Shown here piece after piece: positions 10,450-22,217 of a DNA stretch of 64,000 nucleotides. The position numbers and the translations under genes are program-made. Under the pieces are notes generated by a model. The model ran no database searches, was not told the origin of the DNA, and worked only from the letters and a program-made list of their open reading frames with translations. The stretch is taken from assembly GCA_963662315.1 (NCBI GenBank), contig OY759353.1:64001-128000 (forward strand). Direction: 5' to 3'. The DNA comes from Geopsychrobacteraceae bacterium (lineage in GTDB: Bacteria > Desulfobacterota > Desulfuromonadia > Desulfuromonadales > Geopsychrobacteraceae). The stretch's first letter is position 1, and each line of letters starts with the position of its first letter.

Positions 10450-11889
10450 GTGTCAACGTTTAGTGATTTTAAAGTCAAGGATTTAAGCCTTGCCGAATGG
10501 GGTCGTAAAGAGATCCTTCTTGCTCAGGTAGAAATGCCGGGATTAATGGCCTTGCGGCAGGAATATGACGGGCAATTTCCTCTGCGGGGGGCCAAGATTT
10601 CCGGGTCTCTGCATATGACTATACAGACCGCCGTTCTGATTGAAACACTGGTTGCCCTTGGCGCTGAGGTTCGTTGGTGCTCATGTAATATTTTTTCCAC
10701 TCAGGATCATGCTGCCGCGGCTGTTGCGGTTGGCCCTGAAGGTACTGTCGATGCTCCTGCCGGAGTTCCTGTTTATGCCTGGAAGGGGGAGACCCTGGCC
10801 GAATACTGGTGGTGTACCGAGCAGGCTTTGAACTGGCCGGACGGCGAATTCCCCAATATGATTCTGGATGATGGCGGTGACGCAACCCTGTTCGTTCTGA
10901 AAGGAAACGAATGGCAGAAAGGGGGAGTCCCTGTGGTTAGTGCGGATGATCCCGAGGATTGGCGTGAATTGGTCAAGGCTCTGGGACAATCTATTGATGC
11001 TAATCCGGGTAAATGGATCCAGACTGCTGCCGCCATCAAAGGGGTTACCGAGGAAACCACCACCGGAGTTCACAGGCTTTACCAAATGGAAAAGGAAGGG
11101 AGCCTGCTGTTTCCGGCGATGAATGTTAACGACTCGGTTACCAAGTCGAAATTTGACAACGTTTATGGCTGTCGTCATTCGCTGGTTGACGGAATCATGC
11201 GTGCAACGGACGTGATGCTGTCTGGCAAGGTTGCCGTAGTGTGTGGCTATGGTGATGTCGGTAAGGGCTGTTGTCAGTCATTACGCGGCCAGGGGGCTCG
11301 GGTTATCGTGACGGAAATTGACCCGATCTGTGCGTTGCAGGCACTGATGGAAGGGTATGAAGTGAAGCGGGTTGAGGATGTTCTTGATTATGCCGATCTT
11401 TATGTCACGACGACTGGCAATAAAAACGTTATTACCTATGAGCATATGCGTTTGATGAAAAATAACGCGATTGTCGGTAATATTGGCCATTTTGACAATG
11501 AAATCGAAATGAGTGCTCTCGAACGTGACGCCTCGGTCGTTAAGGAGAATATCAAGCCTCAGGTTGACCGTTGGGTTTTCCCTGACGGGCATGGCATAAT
11601 TATTCTTGCTGAAGGGCGGCTGCTCAATCTTGGTTGTGCGACCGGTCATCCAAGCTTTGTTATGTCAAATTCTTTCACCAACCAGGTCATGGCGCAAATC
11701 GAGTTGTTCTGTCGTGGCGAGAACTATGAAAACAAGGTTTATGTTCTGCCGAAGGCTCTGGATGAAAAAGTGGCTCGGCTCCACCTTGATAAGCTTGGCG
11801 CTAAGCTGACTGTGCTGACCGATGATCAGTCCAAGTACCTGGGGGTGCCGGTTTCCGGTCCATTCAAGCCTGATACTTATCGCTATTAA
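10450..11889 (+). CDS. ahcY: Adenosylhomocysteinase (SAH hydrolase)
   Basis: [61 protein letters not shown]. Confidence 0.98.
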   Translation: MSTFSDFKVKDLSLAEWGRKEILLAQVEMPGLMALRQEYDGQFPLRGAKISGSLHMTIQTAVLIETLVALGAEVRWCSCNIFSTQDHAAAAVAVGPEGTVDAPAGVPVYAWKGETLAEYWWCTEQALNWPDGEFPNMILDDGGDATLFVLKGNEWQKGGVPVVSADDPEDWRELVKALGQSIDANPGKWIQTAAAIKGVTEETTTGVHRLYQMEKEGSLLFPAMNVNDSVTKSKFDNVYGCRHSLVDGIMRATDVMLSGKVAVVCGYGDVGKGCCQSLRGQGARVIVTEIDPICALQALMEGYEVKRVEDVLDYADLYVTTTGNKNVITYEHMRLMKNNAIVGNIGHFDNEIEMSALERDASVVKENIKPQVDRWVFPDGHGIIILAEGRLLNLGCATGHPSFVMSNSFTNQVMAQIELFCRGENYENKVYVLPKALDEKVARLHLDKLGAKLTVLTDDQSKYLGVPVSGPFKPDTYRY

Positions 11890-11913
11890 TTGGTCTTGAA
11901 ATCGCCGATTCGT

Positions 11914-11954
11914 AAAACAAAAAGCCCCCCTTTGCAAGGTGGGCTTTTTGTTTT
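11914..11954. terminator. Bidirectional intrinsic terminator (ahcY / lptG)
   Basis: AAAACAAAAAGCCC...GGGCTTTTTGTTTT inverted repeat. Confidence 0.85.
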
Positions 11955-11971
11955 GCCGGTCTGTTGGATTT

Positions 11972-13054
11972 TCAGTCTTTGCTGTTTAAGAGTAGCCAGA
12001 TTCCCAACAGCAGAAACACCAGGTTTGCGGCCCAGGCAGAAACGATAGGGGGGAGGGCGCCAGAATAGCCAAAGGCTCTGAGCAGGGATTGCAGGATAAA
12101 ATAACCGACCCCGATTGCCAGACTGATGCCTATACCAAGAGCTATATTACTGTTGCGACCGCGTTGCAGCGCAAAAGGAATTCCTAAAAAACCCATAATC
12201 AGACAGGTGAAGGGACTGGCCAGGCGGGCATGCATATCGACACGCTGATGAGTTGACGGATAGCCTTCCCGTTCCAGTTTATGACTCATCTCCCACAGCT
12301 GCATAAAGGTCAGCTCATTGTTGACACTGTCGCGTGCAGCAAAATCTTCAGGTTGTTTGTTCAGCATCAATGGCACATCAGTGAGCTCTTTTTTTTCCAG
12401 CAAGTCTCCAGTCCTGTCATCAAATGTCCTGATGCTTGCGCTTGGTGCGCTCCAGTCTCCGTTGCTGAAAATTGCCACGCCAGCGTCAATGCGCTCAACA
12501 ATCATATGGTGTCCGTTGAGGCGGTAAATTCTGATTCCTTCCAGTTTCCGTTGCTTCGGAGTTGCGACTTTGATATTGATCAGCCGGTTGGTTGCCCGAT
12601 ACCAGATTTCATGGCTTATCAACTCGTTTTTGAACTTCCCCTTCAGTTTAACTTCAAGGAGATCATTCAGGTTCTGGGTGTTGACCGGGACGATCAGTTC
12701 GCTGAGTAGCAACAATAGGATTGACAGGCTGCAGATAAACAGTAACAGCGGGCGGGTTATGTGCCAGATGCTGACTCCGCAGGCGCGCATGGCGGTCAGC
12801 TCGTTACTACGCCCCAGTCCACCCAGGGTCAAGACCATCGATGCTAGTATCGCCAGGGGCAGAATCTGTACAAAAATAAATGGAATGCTGTTGACGAGAT
12901 AAGACAGATAGTCTGCTGCTACGGCATGATGATCAATGAAATCGTCAACTTTTTCGAAAAAATCGATGAGCAGGTAGATGCCGATGAACGCCATCGTACA
13001 CAAAGACAGGATGCGCACATAATGCGCAAGTAAAAAACGATTGAGGGTCTTCAT
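11972..13054 (-). CDS. lptG: LPS export ABC transporter permease LptG
   Basis: YjgP/YjgQ architecture; SNELTAMRACGVS; LPPIVSAWAAN; downstream of lptF. Confidence 0.9.
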   Translation of the reverse strand: MKTLNRFLLAHYVRILSLCTMAFIGIYLLIDFFEKVDDFIDHHAVAADYLSYLVNSIPFIFVQILPLAILASMVLTLGGLGRSNELTAMRACGVSIWHITRPLLLFICSLSILLLLLSELIVPVNTQNLNDLLEVKLKGKFKNELISHEIWYRATNRLINIKVATPKQRKLEGIRIYRLNGHHMIVERIDAGVAIFSNGDWSAPSASIRTFDDRTGDLLEKKELTDVPLMLNKQPEDFAARDSVNNELTFMQLWEMSHKLEREGYPSTHQRVDMHARLASPFTCLIMGFLGIPFALQRGRNSNIALGIGISLAIGVGYFILQSLLRAFGYSGALPPIVSAWAANLVFLLLGIWLLLNSKD

Positions 13055-14239
13055 CTAACGCCCCTCTTTTGATCGGGGATGACGGTTGAGCCTGAACGGC
13101 ATTCGGGCCAGCTTGGAAAACAGTTTGAATGGTTGTTCTTTTGCGGTGCGTCGCAAAAAGATAACCCCTATGGCAAAAAAGCAGACGTTGGGCAGCCAGA
13201 GGATAATTCCGGCCGGAATGATCCCTTTTTCGGCAATGGTTCCAGCCAGGCTCAGAAGCACGTAATAAACAAGGAAGACAACCAGGGCCAAGGAAAAGCC
13301 TGCCCCTTTGCCGGAACGTTGTGACTGCAGCCCCAGCGGGGCTCCAACCAGAACCAGAACCAGGGGGGCGAAGGCGATGACGATGCGTTCATGCAGTTCA
13401 ATCTCAAGGCGCAATTTTGAACGTTCTGTACGTGCGGAAGTTAACGCGTTGTTGAGCGCGGTCCAGGTTAATTCGCTACGCGAAACGCTACGTTTTTTTT
13501 CGGTTAATTGGCCCCCGATATCAAGACCGACATCATAAGTGGCAAAACGAACAATCTGGTAAGTCTGATTCCCCTTGGTCTGTGATGAGCGGTGAATAGT
13601 CCCATCGCGTAGCCGCAGGGTTAGCGACAAGGCGCCAGGATTGCTGATAATCTGCCCTTCGCGTGCGGTAATTGTGGACGGCTGCTCGCCTTCTCTTTCA
13701 TCCGCAATAAAAATATCCTGCATCACGCCTCGTTGCTCATCGACACCCTGGGCGAGGAGAACCAGGCCGTCGAAACGATCATTGAAAACCCCTGGCGTTA
13801 CTTCAAAGCTTCCGGCACTGGAGGCAATCGCAAACAGCTTGGCGCGAAAAGCCGTTTTACAGGCCGGGCCGATAAAATTGGTCATAAGCCCGGTAAGCAG
13901 AGCAAAGACAAGGGCCAGGATAACAACGGGCTTCAATAGCGAATAGAGGCTGATGCCCGAGGCTTTCAGGGCGATGTACTCACTATCGGCAGATAAACGA
14001 CCAAATGCCAGCAGAATGGCAAGCAAAAATGAGAGCGGGACTGTGATCGTCAGAAAGGTTGGCAACATGAAGCCGAACAATTTGACGATTTCCAAGATCG
14101 GAACCCCTTTGTTGATGACCAGTTCAGTCAAGCGAGGAATCCGCCCCATCAGCAGGACAAACGTGAAGATCAGCAGGCTCAGCACTGCAGGCCCGGTAAT
14201 TTCACTCAATATATAGCGATTTATACGTTTGGTAGACAT
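13055..14239 (-). CDS. lptF: LPS export ABC transporter permease LptF
   Basis: FGRLSADSEYIALKASGISL, PGVFND, WLPN. Confidence 0.9.
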   Translation of the reverse strand: MSTKRINRYILSEITGPAVLSLLIFTFVLLMGRIPRLTELVINKGVPILEIVKLFGFMLPTFLTITVPLSFLLAILLAFGRLSADSEYIALKASGISLYSLLKPVVILALVFALLTGLMTNFIGPACKTAFRAKLFAIASSAGSFEVTPGVFNDRFDGLVLLAQGVDEQRGVMQDIFIADEREGEQPSTITAREGQIISNPGALSLTLRLRDGTIHRSSQTKGNQTYQIVRFATYDVGLDIGGQLTEKKRSVSRSELTWTALNNALTSARTERSKLRLEIELHERIVIAFAPLVLVLVGAPLGLQSQRSGKGAGFSLALVVFLVYYVLLSLAGTIAEKGIIPAGIILWLPNVCFFAIGVIFLRRTAKEQPFKLFSKLARMPFRLNRHPRSKEGR

Positions 14240-14454
14240 AGGCGCGCATCGTAATACAAGCAGGCCGTATAAGTAAATAATTCTTGCTGGGCTAGGTCCG
14301 GGTTTCTGTCTTCCTGTCGGCGTAAGGGGATTGAACGTGGGAGGGAACTCGTGTTTTTAAGGCAAAAAGAGTATCTCTGGCGGCACTTTTGGGGGTAATT
14401 TTTTTCTGTTTTTCCCTTGATTATCAAGTCGGACAAATGTTATAGATCCGCAGT

Positions 14455-14547
14455 TAACCCATTTCACACACCTCGAAAGAGGCCAGAATGGTTCCTGCCC
14501 GTTGGCGGGTTCTGGCCCTGTCGACCGGGGTGGAGGAATTAAACCAA
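14455..14547 (+). promoter_or_regulatory. rpsB 5' leader (S2 autoregulatory / t44-like RNA)
   Basis: CACACAC...GGGGTGGAGG...AAACC pattern with internal hairpins (CCTC-GAAA-GAGG; GGCCAGAA...TTCTGGCC) just upstream of rpsB. Confidence 0.7.
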
Positions 14548-14564
14548 ATTTCAGGAGAAGTAAA

Positions 14565-15335
14565 ATGGCACAAATCACCATGAAGCAAATGCTCGAAGCC
14601 GGGGTTCATTTCGGTCATCAGACCAAGCGTTGGAACCCAAAAATGAAGCCTTACATTTTCGGCGCTCGTAACGGCATTTATATTGTCGACCTGCAGAAAA
14701 CTGTGCGCCAGTTCAAATCTGCTTACCAGTTCATCCAGGACACCGTTGCTCGTGGCGAAAAGGTCCTTTTTGTTGGTACCAAAAAACAGGCTCAGGATGC
14801 CATCCGCGAGGAATCCGAGCGTGCCGGGCAGTACTATGTTAATAATCGTTGGCTCGGTGGAATGCTGACCAACTTCACTACCATTAAAGCCAGTATTGAC
14901 CGCCTTAAAAAGATCGAGGCCATGAACGCTGACGGCACGATTGATCAGTACACCAAAAAAGAAGCTCTGCAAATCGAGCGCGAGCGTGAAAAACTGGAGA
15001 AAAACCTTGGTGGTATCAAAAATATGACCAAGCTGCCAGGCGCAGTGTTTATCATCGACCCTAAAAAAGAAGCGATTGCCGTTCAGGAAGCCAATAAACT
15101 GGGTATTCCGGTTGTTGCGATCGTTGATACCAACTGCGACCCTGACAATATCGATTTTGTTATCCCGGGTAATGATGATGCTATTCGCGCCATCCGCCTG
15201 TTTGCCTCAAAAATGTCAGAGGCCTGTACTGAGGGTGCTCAGCTGCGCAAAGATGCCAAACAGACCGAGGCCGAAGGCAGTGATGAAGCAGAAGTGACTG
15301 AGGTTGCTGCTGAGGCGGCCGCAGAAGAAGAATAA
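14565..15335 (+). CDS. rpsB: 30S ribosomal protein S2
   Basis: [37 protein letters not shown] sets the start at 14565. Confidence 0.99.
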   Translation: MAQITMKQMLEAGVHFGHQTKRWNPKMKPYIFGARNGIYIVDLQKTVRQFKSAYQFIQDTVARGEKVLFVGTKKQAQDAIREESERAGQYYVNNRWLGGMLTNFTTIKASIDRLKKIEAMNADGTIDQYTKKEALQIEREREKLEKNLGGIKNMTKLPGAVFIIDPKKEAIAVQEANKLGIPVVAIVDTNCDPDNIDFVIPGNDDAIRAIRLFASKMSEACTEGAQLRKDAKQTEAEGSDEAEVTEVAAEAAAEEE

Positions 15336-15381
15336 TTCGATTTTATCGTCAAACTTCTTTTAGTTCTACGTAAGATGGCCT

Positions 15382-15412
15382 GCGGCCGGGCTCAGGTCCG
15401 GCCGTTGGTTTT
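15382..15412 (+). terminator. Hairpin / weak attenuator between rpsB and tsf
   Basis: GCGGCCGGGC-TCAG-GTCCGGCCGT followed by TGGTTTT. Confidence 0.45.
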
Positions 15413-15459
15413 AACAGACAAGCGCGCGGAACATATCCGCTTAATAAATGGAGGAAAAC

Positions 15460-16368
15460 GTGAGTATTACTGCAGCAATGGTCTCCGAGTTGCGTAAAAA
15501 AACCGGAGCAGGAATGATGGATTGTAAAAAGGCATTGAGCGAGACTGGTGGAAATATGGAGGACGCTGTCGACTTCCTGCGTAAAAAAGGTCTGGCTGCT
15601 GCCGCCAAGAAATCAGGTCGTGTTGCCGCTGAAGGTGCTGTTGCCGCTGTTTCTGAAGGCTGTGTCGGTGTTGCTCTCGAAGTCAATGCAGAGACTGACT
15701 TTGTTGCCAAAAACGACGCTTTCCAGTCCTTTGTTGAAACAACCAGTGCCGTTGCTCTTGCTAATGATGTTGCCGATGTTGAAGCTCTTAAAGAGCTTTC
15801 TTATCCCGGTACCGGACGTAATGTTGGCGAAGAGTTGACCCACCAAATTGCTACCATTGGTGAAAATATGAGCCTGCGTCGTCTGGTTCGCATCGATGCT
15901 GGTGAAGGCGTCGTTGCTTCTTACGTTCATGGTGCCGGCAAGATTGGCGTTCTGGTTGAGTTCAAGACTCCCTCTACGGATGGCAAGGTTGAAGAGCTTG
16001 GCAAGCAGATCGCTATGCACGTTGCCGCCGCTGCCCCACAGTATCTGAACCGTGAGGCTGTACCAGCTGAAGTTGTCGAAAAAGAAAAAGAGATTATGCG
16101 GGTTAAGGCTCTGGAGAGCGGCAAGCCTGAAAATATTGTCGACAAGATTATTACCGGTCAGGTCAATAAATTCTTCGGTGAAGTTTGTCTGCTTGAGCAG
16201 GCATTTGTTATTGATCCCGATCAAAAAGTTGGTAAAGTTGTCGAGGCTTTGGCAAAGGAATTGGGCACCACCATTACCCTGAACAGCTTTGTTCGTTTCC
16301 AGCTGGGTGAAGGGATTGAGAAAAAAGAAGATGACTTCGCAGCTGAAGTTGCTGCTTTGAGTAAGTAA
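15460..16368 (+). CDS. tsf: Elongation factor Ts
   Basis: LRKKTGAGMMDCKKAL, EVNAETDFVAKN, DFAAEV; GGAGG RBS before GTG at 15460. Confidence 0.99.
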   Translation: MSITAAMVSELRKKTGAGMMDCKKALSETGGNMEDAVDFLRKKGLAAAAKKSGRVAAEGAVAAVSEGCVGVALEVNAETDFVAKNDAFQSFVETTSAVALANDVADVEALKELSYPGTGRNVGEELTHQIATIGENMSLRRLVRIDAGEGVVASYVHGAGKIGVLVEFKTPSTDGKVEELGKQIAMHVAAAAPQYLNREAVPAEVVEKEKEIMRVKALESGKPENIVDKIITGQVNKFFGEVCLLEQAFVIDPDQKVGKVVEALAKELGTTITLNSFVRFQLGEGIEKKEDDFAAEVAALSK

Positions 16369-16425
16369 TTTTCTTTCGTTCCAGTTCTTGGTAATTCAAT
16401 TTGCGGGCTTGTCAGTGTGGTGTGA

Positions 16426-17836
<1,411 letters not shown>

Positions 17837-17879
17837 TTCCATAAATCTGGGGTTTCAGCGCAGGAGAGGGAGTGTTCAG

Positions 17880-18044
17880 ATGGCATTAAGAATTAATGAA
17901 GAATGTATCGGGTGTGGAACGTGTGTTGATGGGTGCCCCCTTGGCGCAATTGTTGAGCAGGGTGAGATCTATCGCATCACTGATGAATGCAGTGAGTGCC
18001 GTGCGTGCGTAGACAGTTGCCCCGTTAACGCAATTGTTGATTAA
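17880..18044 (+). CDS. Small 2[4Fe-4S] ferredoxin (54 aa)
   Basis: Two CxxCxxCxxxCP motifs; GGGAG RBS. Confidence 0.9.
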   Translation: MALRINEECIGCGTCVDGCPLGAIVEQGEIYRITDECSECRACVDSCPVNAIVD

Positions 18045-18067
18045 TTTCGCAAATTAGTTATTCTATC

Positions 18068-18094
18068 AAAGGGCGTTTGATGCGCCCTTTTTTT
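18068..18094 (+). terminator. Intrinsic terminator after ferredoxin
   Basis: AAAGGGCG-tttgatg-CGCCCTTTTTTT. Confidence 0.75.
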
Positions 18095-18160
18095 ATTAAC
18101 GAACACTACTTTGGCTACGGTTTATCAGTCTTTTTCGCTTTACTACGAGATGCTTCATCG

Positions 18161-18907
18161 ATGCAAGATAATCAATCCCTTCAAGTGATCCAACCCGTTC
18201 GTCATTTAGCGATTATTATGGATGGCAACGGTCGCTGGGCAACGCAACGTGGACTTCCCAGGATTGTTGGTCACCAACGCGGTGTCGAGACTGTCCTTGA
18301 TATCGTTGAGGAATGCCAGCGTATTGGCGTTGAGGCATTGACTCTTTATGCTTTCAGCTCCGAAAACTGGGGGCGGCCTCAGGAAGAGATCAATGCTCTC
18401 ATGTGTCTGCTGGTTGAGTTCCTGGCCTCGCAACGTAAGCACATGCTCGAGAAAGGGATGCGCTTCCGTGTTATTGGGGATGTCTCAAAAATGCCGGAAC
18501 CCGTCCAGAACTCGTTGGCTTCGGTTCAGGCCGAAACCGCTGCCGGCACCGGCATGACCCTGGTCCTGGCTTTATCTTATGGGGCGCGGGATGAGATAAT
18601 TAGAACGATCCGCTCCTTATCTGATTCTTTGTGCGATGGTTCCCTGACGAAAGAACAAATCACAGAAGACTATTTTTCAGCATGTCTTGACTCGAAAGGG
18701 CTTCCTGACCTGGATCTGCTAATCCGAACCAGTGGGGAAGTGCGTATCAGTAATTTTATGTTGTGGCAATTGGCTTATGCTGAACTTTACTTCACTGACG
18801 TCCTGTGGCCTGATTTTTCCAGAAAAGACCTGCACGCGGCCCTGTGCGATTTTCATCAACGCCGGCGCCGGTTTGGTCTGACGGATGATCAGTGTCATCA
18901 GGAATAA
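18161..18907 (+). CDS. uppS: Undecaprenyl diphosphate synthase
   Basis: HLAIIMDGNGRWA, YAFSSENWGRP, LIRTSGEVRISNFMLWQ; exact start uncertain. Confidence 0.97.
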   Translation: MQDNQSLQVIQPVRHLAIIMDGNGRWATQRGLPRIVGHQRGVETVLDIVEECQRIGVEALTLYAFSSENWGRPQEEINALMCLLVEFLASQRKHMLEKGMRFRVIGDVSKMPEPVQNSLASVQAETAAGTGMTLVLALSYGARDEIIRTIRSLSDSLCDGSLTKEQITEDYFSACLDSKGLPDLDLLIRTSGEVRISNFMLWQLAYAELYFTDVLWPDFSRKDLHAALCDFHQRRRRFGLTDDQCHQE

Positions 18908-18931
18908 TTCTGATTCCAAGGGAGAATTGTT

Positions 18932-19732
18932 ATTAAACAGCGAATAATCACAGCTCTGTGTCTGTTACCCGTACTGATAATTATTCTGGGTTTTGCTAGT
19001 CCATTCTGGTTCGGAATCTTCGTGACCGCTGTTTTAGGTCTGAGTCTGCTCGAATATAACCGTATGGCCCTTGGTACTGAACGCCGGATTGAACAGTGGT
19101 TTGCCGCTCTGACCGGAACCGTTGTTGTTCCATTGTTGCTCGGGCAAAGAGCTGATCTTCTCTTGCCTCTGTTCACAGTTGCCTACCTTTGCCTGTCGGT
19201 TTCATTTCTGTTCCGCCTTAAATCTATCCCCGCTGTTGGCAAAGATTTGGGTTGGCTGTTAAGTGGTTGGATCTATCTGCCTTTTCTGCTCGGTCATGCC
19301 TATCTGCTGCGGACCTTGCCGCTCGGGAAACAATGGATTTTCCTGTTGCTGATTGCTGTGATGGCCTGTGATTCAATGGCTTATTTTGTCGGACGTAAAT
19401 TGGGACGTCGTAAACTGTATCCCCTTGTCAGCCCGAATAAAAGCGTTGAGGGCGCCGTTGGAGGGATTTTCGGGGCTGTCATCGGTGTTTATCTGGCAAT
19501 GCTGTTGTTTATGCCGGAAATCGGATTCTTTGATGGATTTCTGGTCGCTGTGGTTATCAGTGTGTTCGGGCAAATCGGTGATCTGTTCGAGTCTTTGCTC
19601 AAGAGATCGTGTGGTGTTAAAGATAGCGGAACGCTGATCCCCGGACATGGTGGTTTACTTGATCGGCTGGATAGTCTCTTATTTGTGTTTCCTCTGGTCT
19701 ATTATATCGCTGTCTATTGTTACGGAGGCTAG
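18932..19732 (+). CDS. cdsA: Phosphatidate cytidylyltransferase (probable ATT start; first canonical start is GTG at 19022)
   Basis: SPNKSVEG, GDLFESLLKR, KDSGTLIPGHGGLLDRLDS; the frame continues upstream as (M)KQRIITAL. Confidence 0.93.
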   Translation: MKQRIITALCLLPVLIIILGFASPFWFGIFVTAVLGLSLLEYNRMALGTERRIEQWFAALTGTVVVPLLLGQRADLLLPLFTVAYLCLSVSFLFRLKSIPAVGKDLGWLLSGWIYLPFLLGHAYLLRTLPLGKQWIFLLLIAVMACDSMAYFVGRKLGRRKLYPLVSPNKSVEGAVGGIFGAVIGVYLAMLLFMPEIGFFDGFLVAVVISVFGQIGDLFESLLKRSCGVKDSGTLIPGHGGLLDRLDSLLFVFPLVYYIAVYCYGG

Positions 19733-19738
19733 CACCAC

Positions 19739-20893
19739 TTGAAAAAACTGGCTTTGCTTGGATCTACCGGCTCAATCGGCACCAGTACTCTTGACATCGT
19801 CCGGGCTTTTCCCGATCAGTATCAGATAACCTCACTTGCGGCAGGGCACAATATCGAACTGTTACTTCAGCAGATCGATGAATTTCACCCGCGCCATGTT
19901 GCCGTTATTCGCGACGCAGATGCCGAGATTCTTCGTTCCCGGCTTGCTCATCTCGATATTGAAGTTCACTCTGGGGTTACCGGAATGATTGCTTGTGTGA
20001 CCGTTGCTGTGGATATGGTCGTGGCGGCTATCGTCGGAGCTGCGGGGCTGATTCCGACCATGGCTGCGATTAAAGCTGGTAAAGATGTTGCCCTGGCGAA
20101 TAAAGAAACACTGGTCATGGCAGGTGCTCTGATCATGGCAGAAGTCGCGCGTCGTAACGTCACACTGATCCCGGTGGACAGCGAGCATTCCGCCATTTTT
20201 CAGTCCTTGCAGGGGCATCGTAACGAGGATGTACGGCGTCTGATTTTGACCGCTTCCGGGGGCCCTTTTCGCGATTGGGATCGGTCCCGTTTTGCAGACA
20301 TCTCTCCCGCTGAAGCCCTTGCTCACCCAAACTGGAATATGGGGCGTAAAATCAGTGTCGATTCAGCTACGATGATGAACAAGGGGCTTGAAATCATCGA
20401 AGCCCGCTGGTTGTTTGATGTGCCCGCTGAAAAGATTGCTGTTCATGTGCACCCTGAAAGTATTGTTCATTCCCTGGTTGAATATCATGATGGTGCCTTG
20501 ATTGCCCAGTTAGGTATTCCCGATATGAAAACTCCTATCGGCTATGCCTTGTCATGGCCGCAACGTTTACCCCTCAAACAGCCGCCGCTTGACCTGTGTC
20601 GGCAAGGGAGTTTAACCTTTTCTGAACCTGACCTGAATAAGTTTCCATGCCTCAGGTTAGCTTATGCTGCCATCACGGCCGGGGGGACCTTGCCGGCGGT
20701 AATGAATGCAGCAAATGAAATAGCGGTCGATGCATTTCTGAAAAAACAGATCGGTTTTCTTGGTATTGCAGAATTAATTGAAAAGGTAATGGCTCGCCAC
20801 AGTACTGAGCAGACGGGTAATTTGGACCGGATACTTCAGGCTGATCTATGGGGGCGCCACGAAGCCAAACAAATTCTTGGCGGAGGAAAATAA
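19739..20893 (+). CDS. dxr: 1-deoxy-D-xylulose 5-phosphate reductoisomerase
   Basis: LLGSTGSIG, LANKETLV, PVDSEHSAIFQ, HPNWNMGRKISVDSATMMNKGLE. Confidence 0.98.
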   Translation: MKKLALLGSTGSIGTSTLDIVRAFPDQYQITSLAAGHNIELLLQQIDEFHPRHVAVIRDADAEILRSRLAHLDIEVHSGVTGMIACVTVAVDMVVAAIVGAAGLIPTMAAIKAGKDVALANKETLVMAGALIMAEVARRNVTLIPVDSEHSAIFQSLQGHRNEDVRRLILTASGGPFRDWDRSRFADISPAEALAHPNWNMGRKISVDSATMMNKGLEIIEARWLFDVPAEKIAVHVHPESIVHSLVEYHDGALIAQLGIPDMKTPIGYALSWPQRLPLKQPPLDLCRQGSLTFSEPDLNKFPCLRLAYAAITAGGTLPAVMNAANEIAVDAFLKKQIGFLGIAELIEKVMARHSTEQTGNLDRILQADLWGRHEAKQILGGGK

Positions 20894-22212
20894 TGACGAC
20901 AGTTATTGCCGGCATCCTGATGTTGGGTGTGTTGGTTTTTGTTCATGAACTCGGCCATTTCATTGTTGCCAAAATGAGTGGTGTAAAAGTTCTCAAGTTC
21001 TCGCTTGGCTTTGGGCCTAAATTAATGTCCCGTAAGCGTGGTGAAACAGAATACCAGATCTGTATTATCCCTCTGGGTGGTTATGTTCAGATGCTGGGTG
21101 AAGGGAGTGGAGAAGACGGCGAAGAAGCGGAACTTACTCCAGATGAACAGCGGCGCTCATTTGCTCATAAACCAGTTGCCAGTCGACTTGCCATCGTTCT
21201 GGCCGGTCCGCTGATGAATCTGATTTTACCGCTGTTGATTCTGCCGATTTCCTATATGGTCGGAGTACAGTTGCCGACATATTTTGATGAGCCCGCCTGT
21301 ATCGGATATGTTGTACCAGGCAGTGCCGCAGAGCAGGCTGGTTTTCAGGCCGGAGATTGTATTACCAGCGTTAACGGCATGAATGTCAGTAGCTGGAATA
21401 CGACCAATAAAGTGTTTGTCGGACAGGCCGGTGCCGCACTGTCTTTTTCGATCCAACGCAATGAGGTGGCGCAGGCTCTGACTATAGCTGCTGAGAATGA
21501 CAGTCTGGAAGGAATGCAGGCCCTGGGTCTGTTGCCCCGCCAGGAAGCGCGTATCGGGGGTGTGGCTGCAGACATGCCCGCCGCTAAAGCCGGACTTAAG
21601 AAAAATGATCTTATTGTGTCTATCGCAGGGCAGCCGGTCCATTCCTGGTACGATCTGAAGGGTATGGTTCAGGGCTATGGCCATCAGACGGTTTCTGTTG
21701 TCGTTGAGCGGGATAATCAGCAAACCACTGTTGAACTGATACCAGAGCAGCGTGAAGAAAATGGTGATTTTCTGCTTGGAATTGCTCCGCTGCAAAGCTC
21801 TCAGTTAAAGCGCTTTACTTTCTTTAACGCAGTCAAAGAAGGTGCGCATAGAACCTGGGAGCTTATTGATCTGACCGTAGTTTTTGTACAGAAGTTGTTT
21901 ACCGGTAACGTATCAACCAAAAATATTGGTGGCCCGATTACCGTTGTTCAGATCGCCGGGCAGGCCGCACAGACTGATCTTGCTGCAATTATCTCGGTTC
22001 TGGCTTTTATCTCCATTCAGCTGGGAATACTGAATTTGTTACCGATTCCGATTCTGGATGGTGGTCATATCCTTTTCTATACAATTGAGCTATTGATCCG
22101 TCGACCTCTTTCCGTACGGGCGCGGGAATTGGCCCAGCAGGTTGGTATGGCCATGCTGTTGATGCTTATGGTGCTGGCTTTTTATAATGATATTATGCGC
22201 TTGTGGGGATAA
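20893..22212 (+). CDS. rseP: RIP metalloprotease RseP
   Basis: HELGH, two PDZ domains, NLLPIPILDGGH; TAATG overlap with dxr. Confidence 0.96.
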   Translation: MTTVIAGILMLGVLVFVHELGHFIVAKMSGVKVLKFSLGFGPKLMSRKRGETEYQICIIPLGGYVQMLGEGSGEDGEEAELTPDEQRRSFAHKPVASRLAIVLAGPLMNLILPLLILPISYMVGVQLPTYFDEPACIGYVVPGSAAEQAGFQAGDCITSVNGMNVSSWNTTNKVFVGQAGAALSFSIQRNEVAQALTIAAENDSLEGMQALGLLPRQEARIGGVAADMPAAKAGLKKNDLIVSIAGQPVHSWYDLKGMVQGYGHQTVSVVVERDNQQTTVELIPEQREENGDFLLGIAPLQSSQLKRFTFFNAVKEGAHRTWELIDLTVVFVQKLFTGNVSTKNIGGPITVVQIAGQAAQTDLAAIISVLAFISIQLGILNLLPIPILDGGHILFYTIELLIRRPLSVRARELAQQVGMAMLLMLMVLAFYNDIMRLWG

Positions 22213-22217
22213 CTGAA

